DNA from: a virus
Lineage: Duplodnaviria; Caudoviricetes
DNA: 33,887 nt
IMG/VR virus record: IMGVR_UViG_3300020453_000440
Coordinates: 1 to 33,887 of that record
Strand: one strand, 5' to 3'
The notes beneath the pieces were generated by a model. It did not search any database and was not told where the DNA came from. It was given only the letters and a program-made list of their open reading frames with translations. Shown piece by piece: positions 1-9,359 of this stretch (position 1 is its first letter; each line of letters starts with the position of its first letter). Both the position numbers and the translations under genes were made by a program.

Positions 1-4
1 AACT

Positions 5-1762
5 TTGGGCGGTTCTTATTACGAGGAACTGTCTCTAGGCGATGCGGTCAACATGGAGCGCCTCAACAATGGGGCGCCCCTACTCAACAGCCACAAGGCC
101 GCTGACCTTGCCGACATTGTCGGCGTAGTTGAGCGGGCTTGGACTGACGAAAAGGAGGGCCGCGCTGTTGTGAGGTTCTCTGATCGCGCTGAGGTCGAGC
201 CTATATGGCGCGACGTGCAGCAGGGCATCATTCGCAACATCAGCGTCGGCTATGCCGTCGATGAATTCGAGCGGATCGAGGCCAAGCGTGAGGGCGATCC
301 TCACACCCTACGGGCCACCCAGTGGACGCCTATGGAATTGTCCCTGGTGCCCGTTCCTGCTGATTTTTCAGCGACCGTAAGAGAACTGGAGACAGTCTCG
401 ATCATGGAACCAACCGAAACAAAGGAGCCCATTTCAATGGACGAAACCCGTGAAATGGAGCAGGTGGCCGTCGAGGCCGTCGCACCTGCTCCCGACACCA
501 AAGCTATTCAAGAGGCAGCAGTTAAGGCCGAACGTGCCCGCGCTGCTGACATTCGCCACTGCGTCCGCGCTGCTGGCCTCGATGACTCTGTCGCCGAGAC
601 CATGATCAGCGAAGGCACTGAAGTCGACGCTGCACGCGCTGCCGTGATCGATCAGCTGGCTGCCCGTCAGGCTGCCACCCCTACCACCCAGCACGTCTCC
701 GTTACCGAAGACGCAAGCGACAAGCGCGCCGCCTGTTTCGAGGCTGCCCTCGAAGCTCGCGTGGGCTTAGGCGAGTGGACCGACGCCGCACGCGCAGAGC
801 GTTCCTCGACGATGCTCGACATCGCCAAGGAATCCCTGGGCCGTCGCAACATCAGCACCGTGGGCCTCAGCAAGTCTGAGCTGGCCTATCGCGCCATGCA
901 CTCCACCAGCGATTTCCCGCTGCTGCTGAGCAACGTGGCTCGCAAATCTCTGATGGCCGGCTATGAAGCCGAGCAACAGACCTGGCGCCCCCTGGCTCGT
1001 CAGCGCAACCTGCCTGACTTCCGCCCCGTGTATGAGGTGCAGGTCAACGGTCAGATCGTGCCCGAAGAGCTGCTGGAAGGCGGCGAGTACAAGACCGCCA
1101 CAGTCTCCGAGGCTCAGACCAGCTGGAACCTCAAGAGCTACGCCAAGAAAATCCGCGTCACCCGCAATCTGGTGATCAACGATGATCTGGATTTCTTGGG
1201 CCGCATTCCTCAGATGATCGGCCGGGGTTATTCCCTGTTCGAGTCAAATCAGATGTGGGCCAACCTGACTTCCAACCCCACCATGGGCGAAGACAGCAAG
1301 GCACTGTTCCACGCTGATCACGACAACACCGGCACTGGCGCCATCGGCGTTGATGCCCTGTCTGATGCACGTTTTGCACTGCGCAATCAGTCCGACCTGG
1401 CTGGCAACCGCGTAAACCTGCGCGCTCGCTATCTGGTCATCCCCACCGCCCTGGAAACTGACGCAGAGCAGTTCCTGGCTCCCTTCACGCCTTCCGCTGT
1501 GGCAGACGTGAACCCCTTTAGCGGCAAGCTGCAAATCATCGCTGAGCCTCGCCTCGACGATGCAAGCTCTGCTGTTTACTACGTCACCGCCGACCCCTCC
1601 CAGGTCGACATGATGGTGTACGGCTACCTGGCCGGCGAAGCTGGCCCTCAGGTCACCACCGTTGACGAGCGCGACCCCGATGGCATCACCATCCTGAGCC
1701 GCATCGACTTCGGCTGTGCAACCCTCAACCACCGTGGCTTCTACAAGTCCACTGGCGCCTGA
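5..1762 (+). CDS. Prohead protease-scaffold-major capsid protein fusion (5' partial)
   Basis: N-terminal HK97-type protease motifs (PLLNSH, NISVGY, ELSLVPVPAD), Ala/Glu-rich helical linker, then a capsid domain beginning near MHSTSDFPLLL. The frame is open to the window start. Confidence 0.9.
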   Translation: MGGSYYEELSLGDAVNMERLNNGAPLLNSHKAADLADIVGVVERAWTDEKEGRAVVRFSDRAEVEPIWRDVQQGIIRNISVGYAVDEFERIEAKREGDPHTLRATQWTPMELSLVPVPADFSATVRELETVSIMEPTETKEPISMDETREMEQVAVEAVAPAPDTKAIQEAAVKAERARAADIRHCVRAAGLDDSVAETMISEGTEVDAARAAVIDQLAARQAATPTTQHVSVTEDASDKRAACFEAALEARVGLGEWTDAARAERSSTMLDIAKESLGRRNISTVGLSKSELAYRAMHSTSDFPLLLSNVARKSLMAGYEAEQQTWRPLARQRNLPDFRPVYEVQVNGQIVPEELLEGGEYKTATVSEAQTSWNLKSYAKKIRVTRNLVINDDLDFLGRIPQMIGRGYSLFESNQMWANLTSNPTMGEDSKALFHADHDNTGTGAIGVDALSDARFALRNQSDLAGNRVNLRARYLVIPTALETDAEQFLAPFTPSAVADVNPFSGKLQIIAEPRLDDASSAVYYVTADPSQVDMMVYGYLAGEAGPQVTTVDERDPDGITILSRIDFGCATLNHRGFYKSTGA

Positions 1763-1780
1763 TTTAAGGAGAACTAACTA

Positions 1781-2104
1781 ATGAAAAACTTCGTTCAAAA
1801 CGGCGCGAACCTGACCATCACGGCAGGCTCCGCTATTTCCAGCGGTGACTTCGTCGTCGTCGGTTCACTGGTCGGCGTTGCCGTCACAGACATTGCCAAC
1901 GGTGAGGATGGCGTCATCTCCACCGAGGGCGTGTTCCAGGGAACCAAAGCATCCGGCGCCACTCTGGCTGTCGGTGACGTTGCCTACCTGAACAGCTCAG
2001 GCAAGCTGACCAACACCGCCACCAGCAACGACGCTGTGGGCTTGGTTGTCGCTGTCACCTCCACCACCGTGGATGTGAAAGTGTTCGGCCGCAAGGTGGC
2101 CTGA
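1781..2104 (+). CDS. DUF2190-family capsid decoration/cement protein
   Basis: MKNFVQNG...SGDFVVVGSLVGVAVTDIA...TEGVF signature, directly after the capsid gene, RBS AAGGAG. Confidence 0.85.
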   Translation: MKNFVQNGANLTITAGSAISSGDFVVVGSLVGVAVTDIANGEDGVISTEGVFQGTKASGATLAVGDVAYLNSSGKLTNTATSNDAVGLVVAVTSTTVDVKVFGRKVA

Positions 2105-2433
2105 TGAGGCAGGATCTGGCAAACCGGATCCTTAAAGCGGCGACAGCGCGACTGGGGGAACCCGTCACGCTGTCCCGTGATGGCATCAGCTACACGCTGC
2201 GGGGGATCTTTAGCGAGACGCACTCAGAGGTCGACATTGACACCGGCCTCAACGTCACGTCACAGATCCCCACGCTCACCATCAATGGCGCAGATCTCTC
2301 GATCGACCCCAAGGGGAACGACCGGGTCACCATTGCAGACGGCCGCACCTTCATGGTCCGCGAGACGCGGGCAGATGGTGAGGGCGGAATTGTTTTGATG
2401 ATGTATCAAGCGCAAACGAACAATTATCTGTAA
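2104..2433 (+). CDS. Head-tail joining (head closure) protein
   Basis: 109 aa, LGEPVT...RGIF...GD/ND-x-V-T-I beta-rich pattern; position after DUF2190; TGATG overlap. Confidence 0.65.
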   Translation: MRQDLANRILKAATARLGEPVTLSRDGISYTLRGIFSETHSEVDIDTGLNVTSQIPTLTINGADLSIDPKGNDRVTIADGRTFMVRETRADGEGGIVLMMYQAQTNNYL

Positions 2434-2442
2434 GGGGAGCGC

Positions 2443-3171
2443 ATGGGCACCTTCGCGCAAAACCTTTTCCCTGAGCGGTTCTACCAAGCCACTGAGCACC
2501 CACGCAAAACGATCCGCGACGCGATCCACTCGCGGTTCATCACCAAGCTGGGCCAGGTCGATACGCAGACATATCCGAGCGGCTACAACAGCAACCTGAC
2601 GGAAGGCGATGAGGGCTATATCGCGCCGATCTTGGTTGACAAGTATTGGACGCCAGCCGGTCCGAACGTCTTTCAGCGGAAAGAGGTTGAGATCGACTTC
2701 GGCGACATGCCGTTAATCCTGCTGAGATATGAGGGCGAGCGCGTCCTAGGCCGCGCAAAAACTGGCTGGGAGGGCTACACGGAGCGGCAGATCGATTTGT
2801 CGATTGAGCCCTATGTGCTGGTGACCCCCGGCGAGTCTGCTGAGCAGCAGCTCGATGAGATGGCGTTTTACATCGAGGCCTGCATGAATGGCTTTGACCT
2901 GAACGCTTACAACTGCGAGCCGTTGCTCGCGTCGACTGAATACGAAACCGAGTTTGACAACAGCCAGCCGGTCGCAGTTGGCCGCCTTTTGTTTGAGATA
3001 AAATATCTTTGCCCGCACCTTGGCATCGACTTCGGCCTTTGGGATCGCGATGATGCCTGCATCTCAAACACTGGCCCCACGCCGCCGGTTCAGACAGTCG
3101 TGGTCCGAAACAATTTCGGCACTGAGACTTACGATTATCCCGACGACTTTCCCAACCACTACCACGATTGA
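2443..3171 (+). CDS. Putative tail terminator/completion protein
   Basis: HPRKTIRDAI...PLILLRYEGE...AEQQLDEMAFYIEACM pattern and neck-region position. Confidence 0.5.
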   Translation: MGTFAQNLFPERFYQATEHPRKTIRDAIHSRFITKLGQVDTQTYPSGYNSNLTEGDEGYIAPILVDKYWTPAGPNVFQRKEVEIDFGDMPLILLRYEGERVLGRAKTGWEGYTERQIDLSIEPYVLVTPGESAEQQLDEMAFYIEACMNGFDLNAYNCEPLLASTEYETEFDNSQPVAVGRLLFEIKYLCPHLGIDFGLWDRDDACISNTGPTPPVQTVVVRNNFGTETYDYPDDFPNHYHD

Positions 3172-3182
3172 AGGAGACCGAA

Positions 3183-3500
3183 ATGGCAGCCAAGAAAGCA
3201 GCAACCAAAGAAGCCGCCCCTAAGGGCAAAGCAGGAATCAGCGCCGAAGAGCTGGCTTTGTTCATGGGCCTAGAGAAGGGCCAAACGAAAGGCCTCAAGG
3301 TTTATTGCGACGCCGCGCAAAACGTTTGCAACTCTTTTGCGGGTGGAGAAATGCAGGAGTCACAGGTCGCCACCATGGCCCTGCTGCACTGCGCCGCCTG
3401 GCTCAAGATGACTGGCGCGAAGACCATCAAAGAGCTGAAAGAGATTCCGCTCAAAGTCCGTTACATGATCATCACGGCCATGGAGGAAGCTAAGGCCTGA
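3183..3500 (+). CDS. Divergent HK97 gp6/SPP1 gp15-like head-tail connector
   Basis: Helical pattern ISAEELALFMGL / YCDAAQNVCNSFAG / MALLHCAAWL / EIPLKVRYMI parallels the gp6 family; RBS AAGGAG before ATG 3183. Confidence 0.5.
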   Translation: MAAKKAATKEAAPKGKAGISAEELALFMGLEKGQTKGLKVYCDAAQNVCNSFAGGEMQESQVATMALLHCAAWLKMTGAKTIKELKEIPLKVRYMIITAMEEAKA

Positions 3501-5299
3501 TGAGCTTCGCAGTCCCACGGTCAAGCCGCAGGACTTCAGGAGTTGGTGATTACGAGCTAACAGACACGGCCCGGAACATCGGGACGCTCTTGAGATTCGG
3601 GCAGGTTCTAAGCGTTGACTATGCGCTCAGGACTTGCCGCGTCCAGCTGCAGGAGAACCTGCAAACCGACAACCTCCCATGGATCACCATGCGGGCGGGC
3701 GGTAATGCGTTTTGGTCTGCGCCATCGGTTGATGAGACCGTGTTGATCCTCAGCCCGTCTGGCGAGCTGAACAACGCGGTTGTGCTGCCGGCGCTGCAGA
3801 CCAATGAAAACGGCACCTGGCCATTCAACTTCAGCGACCTGGAGTTTGTCTGGGGCGGCTTAGGCAACCCGCGTGAGGCGCTTTGGCGCTGGTTGTTTGC
3901 TGATGGGGCGATCCTCGAAAACGACCCAGAAAAAAATCAGTTCAGAGTTGAGCAGCAGCAGACCCGGATCCGTGGGGCGGAGCTGGCCCACCTGCGCTCA
4001 GAAAAATTTATCTACATCGAGGCGGACTCAGAAAACGACGAGGGCGACAAGCAAGGCATCGTTCACGTCAAGGCCCCGATGATCAAGCTTGACGGTGACG
4101 TTCACATTACGGGCAAGCTGCTGCAGAGCGGCGACATTATCGGCGTTGAGTCAGACGGCGAAGGGCTCACGGCTCTCAAGTTGATTGGCGACCCAATCGA
4201 GCTGAACGGTGGCGGCGGTGTGCTCGGTTTGCTTTCCAGCTTGGTGGGCGCAGTTGCGGGAGGCGCTCTGTCGCTGGGGCAGCTGGGCACGCTTATGAAC
4301 AGCGCAGGCGGCAGCCTGCTGCAGGGCCTAGGCGGCCTGGCTGAGAACGTGCTGGGCTCCACCGGCCTTGGCCAGCTGATCACTCAAGGGCTCACAGAGT
4401 CAGGCATTGGCGCGGCCATGGCTGTTGTCGGTGATCTCCCCGTGCTGGGTGAGGTGTTCAACGCCATGGGCTTCACCGGAAACATGAACCTAGTGCAGGG
4501 CGCTGTGCAGCTTGTGTCAGGTGTGACGAGTGGCAGCGGCCTGAAACTCACAGGCATTGGTTCAGACTTCGCAGGCTTGGCCAGCTTTGCCGGTCACCTT
4601 GGGGAGTCCCTGGGAATCTCTGGGCTTTCCAACCTCACAGACAGCACGGCCCTGGGGGCCATCAGCAACGTGATCACCAACGGGTCGATCACCATCAACG
4701 ATGTGATGGGCGTGGCCGCGACGGCGGGCAGCCTGATTCCCGGCAACGTAGGCACCGCTATTAACACCGCGCTAGGTGCGGCCAATGTGATCGTCGACGA
4801 CCAAGGCAACACCGTGGCCGGCCCCCAGCTGCTGCAGAACGCAGCGGGAACGATCATGAACGGCCTGCTAGACCCACGCAGCTCTGTGACAGCTGAGGGC
4901 ATCGCGCACAAGATTTCAGAGCTGGGCCTGGCCACCAGCCTCGACGCCCTGGAGCAAGCCGGCGTCAACGGCGGCCAAGGGATCGGCGAGCTGATCAGCG
5001 CCGGAGCTATCACGCTTGAGCAAGTGCTCGACCTGCAGGGCGTATTTCAAGCCAACCCCGACGCAGTCGCGACTGCGGCGCAGGCCATGGACCTGGGCAG
5101 CGAGCAAGAGTTTTTCGCGACGTTCGAGCGGTCGGCGCCCGGTGGCTATTCAAACCGCGATATGAGCAGCTCAGTCGGTTCAGACAGCAGCCCTAAGAAA
5201 GGCACGACTTACGACGCCGGGTCAAACAGCTATGTCCCAGATGGCACGGTTACGGATGTTCCCGACGCTTACGCCGACTGGAATACAAATTACGCTTAA
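3500..5299 (+). CDS. Baseplate central spike (gpV-like) with ~380 aa Gly/Leu/Ala-rich C-terminal extension
   Basis: gpV OB-fold motifs (LLRFGQVLSVD, LPWITMRAG, WSAPSVDETVLILSPSGEL) and IKLDGDVHITG beta-helix. Confidence 0.85.
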   Translation: MSFAVPRSSRRTSGVGDYELTDTARNIGTLLRFGQVLSVDYALRTCRVQLQENLQTDNLPWITMRAGGNAFWSAPSVDETVLILSPSGELNNAVVLPALQTNENGTWPFNFSDLEFVWGGLGNPREALWRWLFADGAILENDPEKNQFRVEQQQTRIRGAELAHLRSEKFIYIEADSENDEGDKQGIVHVKAPMIKLDGDVHITGKLLQSGDIIGVESDGEGLTALKLIGDPIELNGGGGVLGLLSSLVGAVAGGALSLGQLGTLMNSAGGSLLQGLGGLAENVLGSTGLGQLITQGLTESGIGAAMAVVGDLPVLGEVFNAMGFTGNMNLVQGAVQLVSGVTSGSGLKLTGIGSDFAGLASFAGHLGESLGISGLSNLTDSTALGAISNVITNGSITINDVMGVAATAGSLIPGNVGTAINTALGAANVIVDDQGNTVAGPQLLQNAAGTIMNGLLDPRSSVTAEGIAHKISELGLATSLDALEQAGVNGGQGIGELISAGAITLEQVLDLQGVFQANPDAVATAAQAMDLGSEQEFFATFERSAPGGYSNRDMSSSVGSDSSPKKGTTYDAGSNSYVPDGTVTDVPDAYADWNTNYA

Positions 5300-5311
5300 G
5301 GAGGGAAAGCT

Positions 5312-5584
5312 ATGTCACTTGTCGCAAGGCTCGGAGATGTGACGAGCCATGGGGGCGTTTTGAAAGCCCCTGTGCGAACTGATGTGCTGACGAATGGCCG
5401 CCCAACGGCTCACATCGGCACAGCTATTTTCTGCCCTGCGGGCACTCCCAGCCACGGCCCCACGGTGGTGGTCACTGGCAAACCTTCGGTCTTAGTCGGC
5501 GGGATTCCAATCGCTACCGTGGGATCAGTGACTAGCTGCGGTGCGGTGGTTGCTACAGGTTCCGGCGATGTGAGGGCAGGCTGA
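5312..5584 (+). CDS. PAAR-repeat spike tip protein
   Basis: VARLGD..SHGG, GRPTAHIG, GIPIATVG..TSCG repeats with His/Cys metal ligands; follows gpV. Confidence 0.9.
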   Translation: MSLVARLGDVTSHGGVLKAPVRTDVLTNGRPTAHIGTAIFCPAGTPSHGPTVVVTGKPSVLVGGIPIATVGSVTSCGAVVATGSGDVRAG

Positions 5585-5925
5585 TGGCAGTGGGAATGAA
5601 CAGAGAGACGGGCAAGCCGGTCTCAGACGCTGACCACCTGCGCCAATCGATCCGCGACATTCTTTCAACGCGCATCGGCACGCGCACAATGCTGCGCGAC
5701 TATGGGAGCAACATTCCCGAGCTGGTCGATTTACCGATCAACCAAACAACCATTGCCGCCATTAAGGCGGACATGATTGACGCGCTCAACAACTGGGAAC
5801 CCCGAATGAGGGTGAACAGAGTTGTGCTCACCGAAGTTCTTTCATCTGGGTCATTGACCTTCGATGTATATCTCACCTACCTGCCGAACGGGCAGGTCAT
5901 CGAATTAAAAGGGGTGACCATCTGA
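5584..5925 (+). CDS. Baseplate wedge protein W / gp25-like
   Basis: GMNRETGK...HLRQSIRDILSTRIGTRTMLRDYGS...WEPR. Confidence 0.92.
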   Translation: MAVGMNRETGKPVSDADHLRQSIRDILSTRIGTRTMLRDYGSNIPELVDLPINQTTIAAIKADMIDALNNWEPRMRVNRVVLTEVLSSGSLTFDVYLTYLPNGQVIELKGVTI

Positions 5926-6911
5926 TGGCCTACAACCTGTCATCTTTGCCGGATCCGGCAATCGTCGAGGCGCTTTCGTTTCAAACAATTTTCAATGAAC
6001 TGCGGGCTGATTTTCAAACCCGGTTCCCAGAGTTTTCTGCCCTAGTCGAGTCAGACCCCGCGATCAAATTGCTCGAAGTCGCGGCCTATCGGGAAACGAT
6101 CCTGCGCGCCCGCGTCAACGATGCGTTTAAGGCAACGCTGCTGGCGTTTGCTGCAGGCAACGACCTGGACAACCTGGCGGCCTTCTACGGCTTGACCCGG
6201 ATCGCCCAGGAAACCGACGCCGAGCTAAAAGATCGCACCATCAACAGGATTCAGGGCAGCTCGACCGCGGGCGGTGCTGCCTGGTATCGCTACCAAGCAC
6301 TCAGCGCAAACAGTGGCGTTAGGGATGCTCGGGTGACGAGCCCCTCAGCTGGACAGGTTGAGGTGGCATTGCTGAGCAAAGAAACCGAAAACCTCACCGC
6401 CCTGGGCACTGACCCCAACGCGCTTAGCGCCGACATGGCGACGCTTGCCGCGTTCTATGGCGTGACCACAACTCCATCATCGAAAGATGAGACGGTGGCG
6501 CCATTGATCCAGGCGGTCATTGATGCAGCTGGCCCCGAGGGCACGGCAACGCCGCAGATGCTCACGGCGGTTGATGCAACGATGCAGAACGATGAGGTGC
6601 GGGTCATCACCGACACTGTGACAACCACTAGCGCCAACGTGGTTGGCGTTGACGTTGTCGCTGAGGTTTATCTCTACCCCGACAGCTCCGCCGACATTCT
6701 CAACGGGATTGACGCTCAGATCCGCGCAGCGGTTCAGACCGAGGGCGGCCTCGGCTGGGATCTCACGCTGAGCTGGCTGATCAAAAACATTCACGTTGAT
6801 GGGGTGCAGCGCGTTGACCTGATCAGCCCGACCACCAACCAAGTGGCAAACGACGGCACAGCTATCAGTGTCAACTCAGTGACGATCACCAACATGGGAT
6901 ACGACCGCTAA
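5925..6911 (+). CDS. Baseplate assembly protein J
   Basis: NLSSLPDPAIVE, ESDPAIKLLEVAAYRE, LDNLAAFYG, STAG...YRYQALSA. Confidence 0.92.
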   Translation: MAYNLSSLPDPAIVEALSFQTIFNELRADFQTRFPEFSALVESDPAIKLLEVAAYRETILRARVNDAFKATLLAFAAGNDLDNLAAFYGLTRIAQETDAELKDRTINRIQGSSTAGGAAWYRYQALSANSGVRDARVTSPSAGQVEVALLSKETENLTALGTDPNALSADMATLAAFYGVTTTPSSKDETVAPLIQAVIDAAGPEGTATPQMLTAVDATMQNDEVRVITDTVTTTSANVVGVDVVAEVYLYPDSSADILNGIDAQIRAAVQTEGGLGWDLTLSWLIKNIHVDGVQRVDLISPTTNQVANDGTAISVNSVTITNMGYDR

Positions 6912-9320
6912 ATGTCAGACACCGGCCTTTTGCTTCCAAGTTCATCGACCCCGCTAGAGCGCGATCTCTCCGCGTCGATGAATGCGCTGCCGCGCCTTAA
7001 GGACTCGGTCGAGCTGATCAGGACTGCGAAACGGGAAAACATCCCCGACTCAGTCGTTCCATTTCTCATTTATGAGTACGGCCTAGGCGAGTTGCTGCCG
7101 TATCTATCGGACCCCCGCACGGCGATTGCCACGGGTGTTTTGTGGCAGCGCCTGCGCGGCACGCCTCAGAGTTTCAGGATCGCTCTGGGCTGGATCAACA
7201 ATGACGGGACCATTGAGGAATCAGAGGGAGGAACCTCTAGGTGGTCGCAGTTTCAATTAGGGCTTGATTCTGCCCCGGTTGACCTGTCACAGACTGATTC
7301 AGTCGTGGAGATTGGCCGGCTTTCTTCCCCGGTCCGTTCTTCACTGTTTCGCATTTATGGCGGATGGTATGACGGGCGCCGGTTCAATCTTGACGATCAC
7401 AAGCTAAGCGGCCTCGACACCCTCTGCGATCACACGGGGGTTTATCTCAAGAGTGAATGGCCACAGCTTTCATTTGGTCGCGAGTTTAAGGACGAACAGG
7501 GCGACATCTCCGGCGATCTCGCTGGGCAGCTTGGCATTCACCGACAGACCGCCATCCGCGGCCTGTATGAAGACCGCACCTATTTATCCAATTCCGTTCT
7601 GGGTGAAACCAGCTGGCGGACGCTTCACATCGAGGATCTTTCCTCGGTTATCAGCCGGCTGCATTTCAGCATCTCTGGCCCGTTCTGGATGCGGGCAACC
7701 GATTGGGATGTTCAGCTGGGCTGGGGTCAGCTGCTGGATTGGGCTGGGCTGCAAAACAAATTCACCCCGGCGCTCAAGTTTGCCAAGGCCGGCATTTACC
7801 TGGGCGACGGCGAAGTTCTGGGCGACACAAATGCCTGCCTTCCTGCGCGGTTCCTCGAAGAGTTTGGCGACGGTGCCATTCAGCTTTCAGAGGGCGACCC
7901 CGCCACAGGCGAAGGCATCCTCAGCGAGCACCTCTCGCGGGTTGAACTTACTGAAATCAATGAGCGGTTTGAGCGCAACACCGACGCAGAGCAAACCCAC
8001 ATCGGAAGCGTTCACCTGCGGGGCCTTAGCAGCGCGTCACTGGTCCCGAGCCATCGCGAGCACACAGCCTTTATGGCTTATGACGACAGCTTCGAGCTGT
8101 CCCGGTCTCGCCTCTCCGAATACACACCGATCCCGAACGTCACCGGGATCAAGCGCGATCACACCACCAGCGCCGATCAGTTCGAGCATCAGTCCGATCA
8201 GTGGCAAGACACCGCCAGCACCTGGGGCACCGACGCCACCGGCACCTGGGAAACCGTCGCCAGCTACTTCGACAGCCTGGACTTCGGCAGCGCCTGGGAT
8301 CAGACCGACACCTGGGAAACAGGGGAATACTTCGAGCAAACCGACCCAGACACCTGGGGCAATACCTACAGCTGGCAGAACTTCCCGCAGTTCGAGCGGC
8401 TGCTCAGCTTCAGTCGCACCATGCTGGTTCTCTCAGAGAACGGGCACCTTTCCGATACCGACGCAATCCTGGGCGACACCCACGCGACGCTCGGCCACTT
8501 CGAGATCGAGCGTTTCGAGCGCAGCCATCAGACAACCTCGACGGCGCACAACCCCGGCGGGTTCTGGTATCACCTGCGCGAGCGGTTCGCGACGCTCGCC
8601 TATGACGATCTCTTCGAGCTGTCACGGACCCGGCTCAGCGAGCACATCCCACTCTTCAATGAGCAGGCGATCACCCGCGAGCACGGTTACACCGGAAGCC
8701 TGCAATTCTTCCAGGCCAATGGCTGGACAGACACCAGCCCGGACTGGACAGCTGGCGACTGGCAAAGCGGCGGGTATTACGACGCCGCGGCCGAGCCCAC
8801 TTGGTATGAGGCTTATGGGTGGCAAGTCTTCCCGCAGCTTGAGCACGTTCTCAACTTCAACACTTCGGGCGTTTATCTCTCAGAGACGGTCGACGGATTG
8901 TCGGAGACGCACCACGTTCTGGGCTTCCCGACTTCTGAACGCTTTGAGCGCGATTACTTCGCGCAAGCAACAGAAAACCGGCAGTCGTTCACAACACGCC
9001 AGCACACCCGCACGGTTCAAACAACTGTGCCTTTATATGTTGAGCCCACCTGGGCCAACGGCACATGGTCCGGCGACGGAACAAATGAGGCCGGCTGGGT
9101 TATCAATGGCACAGTCTGGACAGGTGACGCAACTGAAGAATGGAGCGCGACAGCATGGGGCACAGACCAGTGGGCGCAAGGTAGCCTCTCTGTATGGGAC
9201 ACCAATAATTGGCTGGCGAATGACCCAACCACATGGGCCGACCATCAGATGTGGGTCAGAATGGCTGGGTGGCAAATTGCCAGCCTTGTGGTGGAAGCGG
9301 TCCACGAGACCCATGCTTAA
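6912..9320 (+). CDS. P2 gpI-like baseplate/tail protein with long Trp-rich repeated extension
   Basis: LLPSSSTPLERDL...PFLIYEYGL...WQRLRGTP N-terminus; follows gpJ. Confidence 0.75.
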   Translation: MSDTGLLLPSSSTPLERDLSASMNALPRLKDSVELIRTAKRENIPDSVVPFLIYEYGLGELLPYLSDPRTAIATGVLWQRLRGTPQSFRIALGWINNDGTIEESEGGTSRWSQFQLGLDSAPVDLSQTDSVVEIGRLSSPVRSSLFRIYGGWYDGRRFNLDDHKLSGLDTLCDHTGVYLKSEWPQLSFGREFKDEQGDISGDLAGQLGIHRQTAIRGLYEDRTYLSNSVLGETSWRTLHIEDLSSVISRLHFSISGPFWMRATDWDVQLGWGQLLDWAGLQNKFTPALKFAKAGIYLGDGEVLGDTNACLPARFLEEFGDGAIQLSEGDPATGEGILSEHLSRVELTEINERFERNTDAEQTHIGSVHLRGLSSASLVPSHREHTAFMAYDDSFELSRSRLSEYTPIPNVTGIKRDHTTSADQFEHQSDQWQDTASTWGTDATGTWETVASYFDSLDFGSAWDQTDTWETGEYFEQTDPDTWGNTYSWQNFPQFERLLSFSRTMLVLSENGHLSDTDAILGDTHATLGHFEIERFERSHQTTSTAHNPGGFWYHLRERFATLAYDDLFELSRTRLSEHIPLFNEQAITREHGYTGSLQFFQANGWTDTSPDWTAGDWQSGGYYDAAAEPTWYEAYGWQVFPQLEHVLNFNTSGVYLSETVDGLSETHHVLGFPTSERFERDYFAQATENRQSFTTRQHTRTVQTTVPLYVEPTWANGTWSGDGTNEAGWVINGTVWTGDATEEWSATAWGTDQWAQGSLSVWDTNNWLANDPTTWADHQMWVRMAGWQIASLVVEAVHETHA

Positions 9321-9359
9321 ACCGCTGATTACAATGCAAACATCAAAGGAGGTGAGCCC

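Noticed and set aside
8070-8930. Diversity-generating retroelement template/variable repeat pair
   Set aside because: The repeats are diverged in-frame protein duplications without adenine-specific mismatches, and no reverse transcriptase is present in the window.
9318-9345. Internal promoter (TACAAT), and similarly TAAAAT near 21618
   Set aside because: Only -10-like hexamers with no convincing -35 or shared motif; insufficient support.
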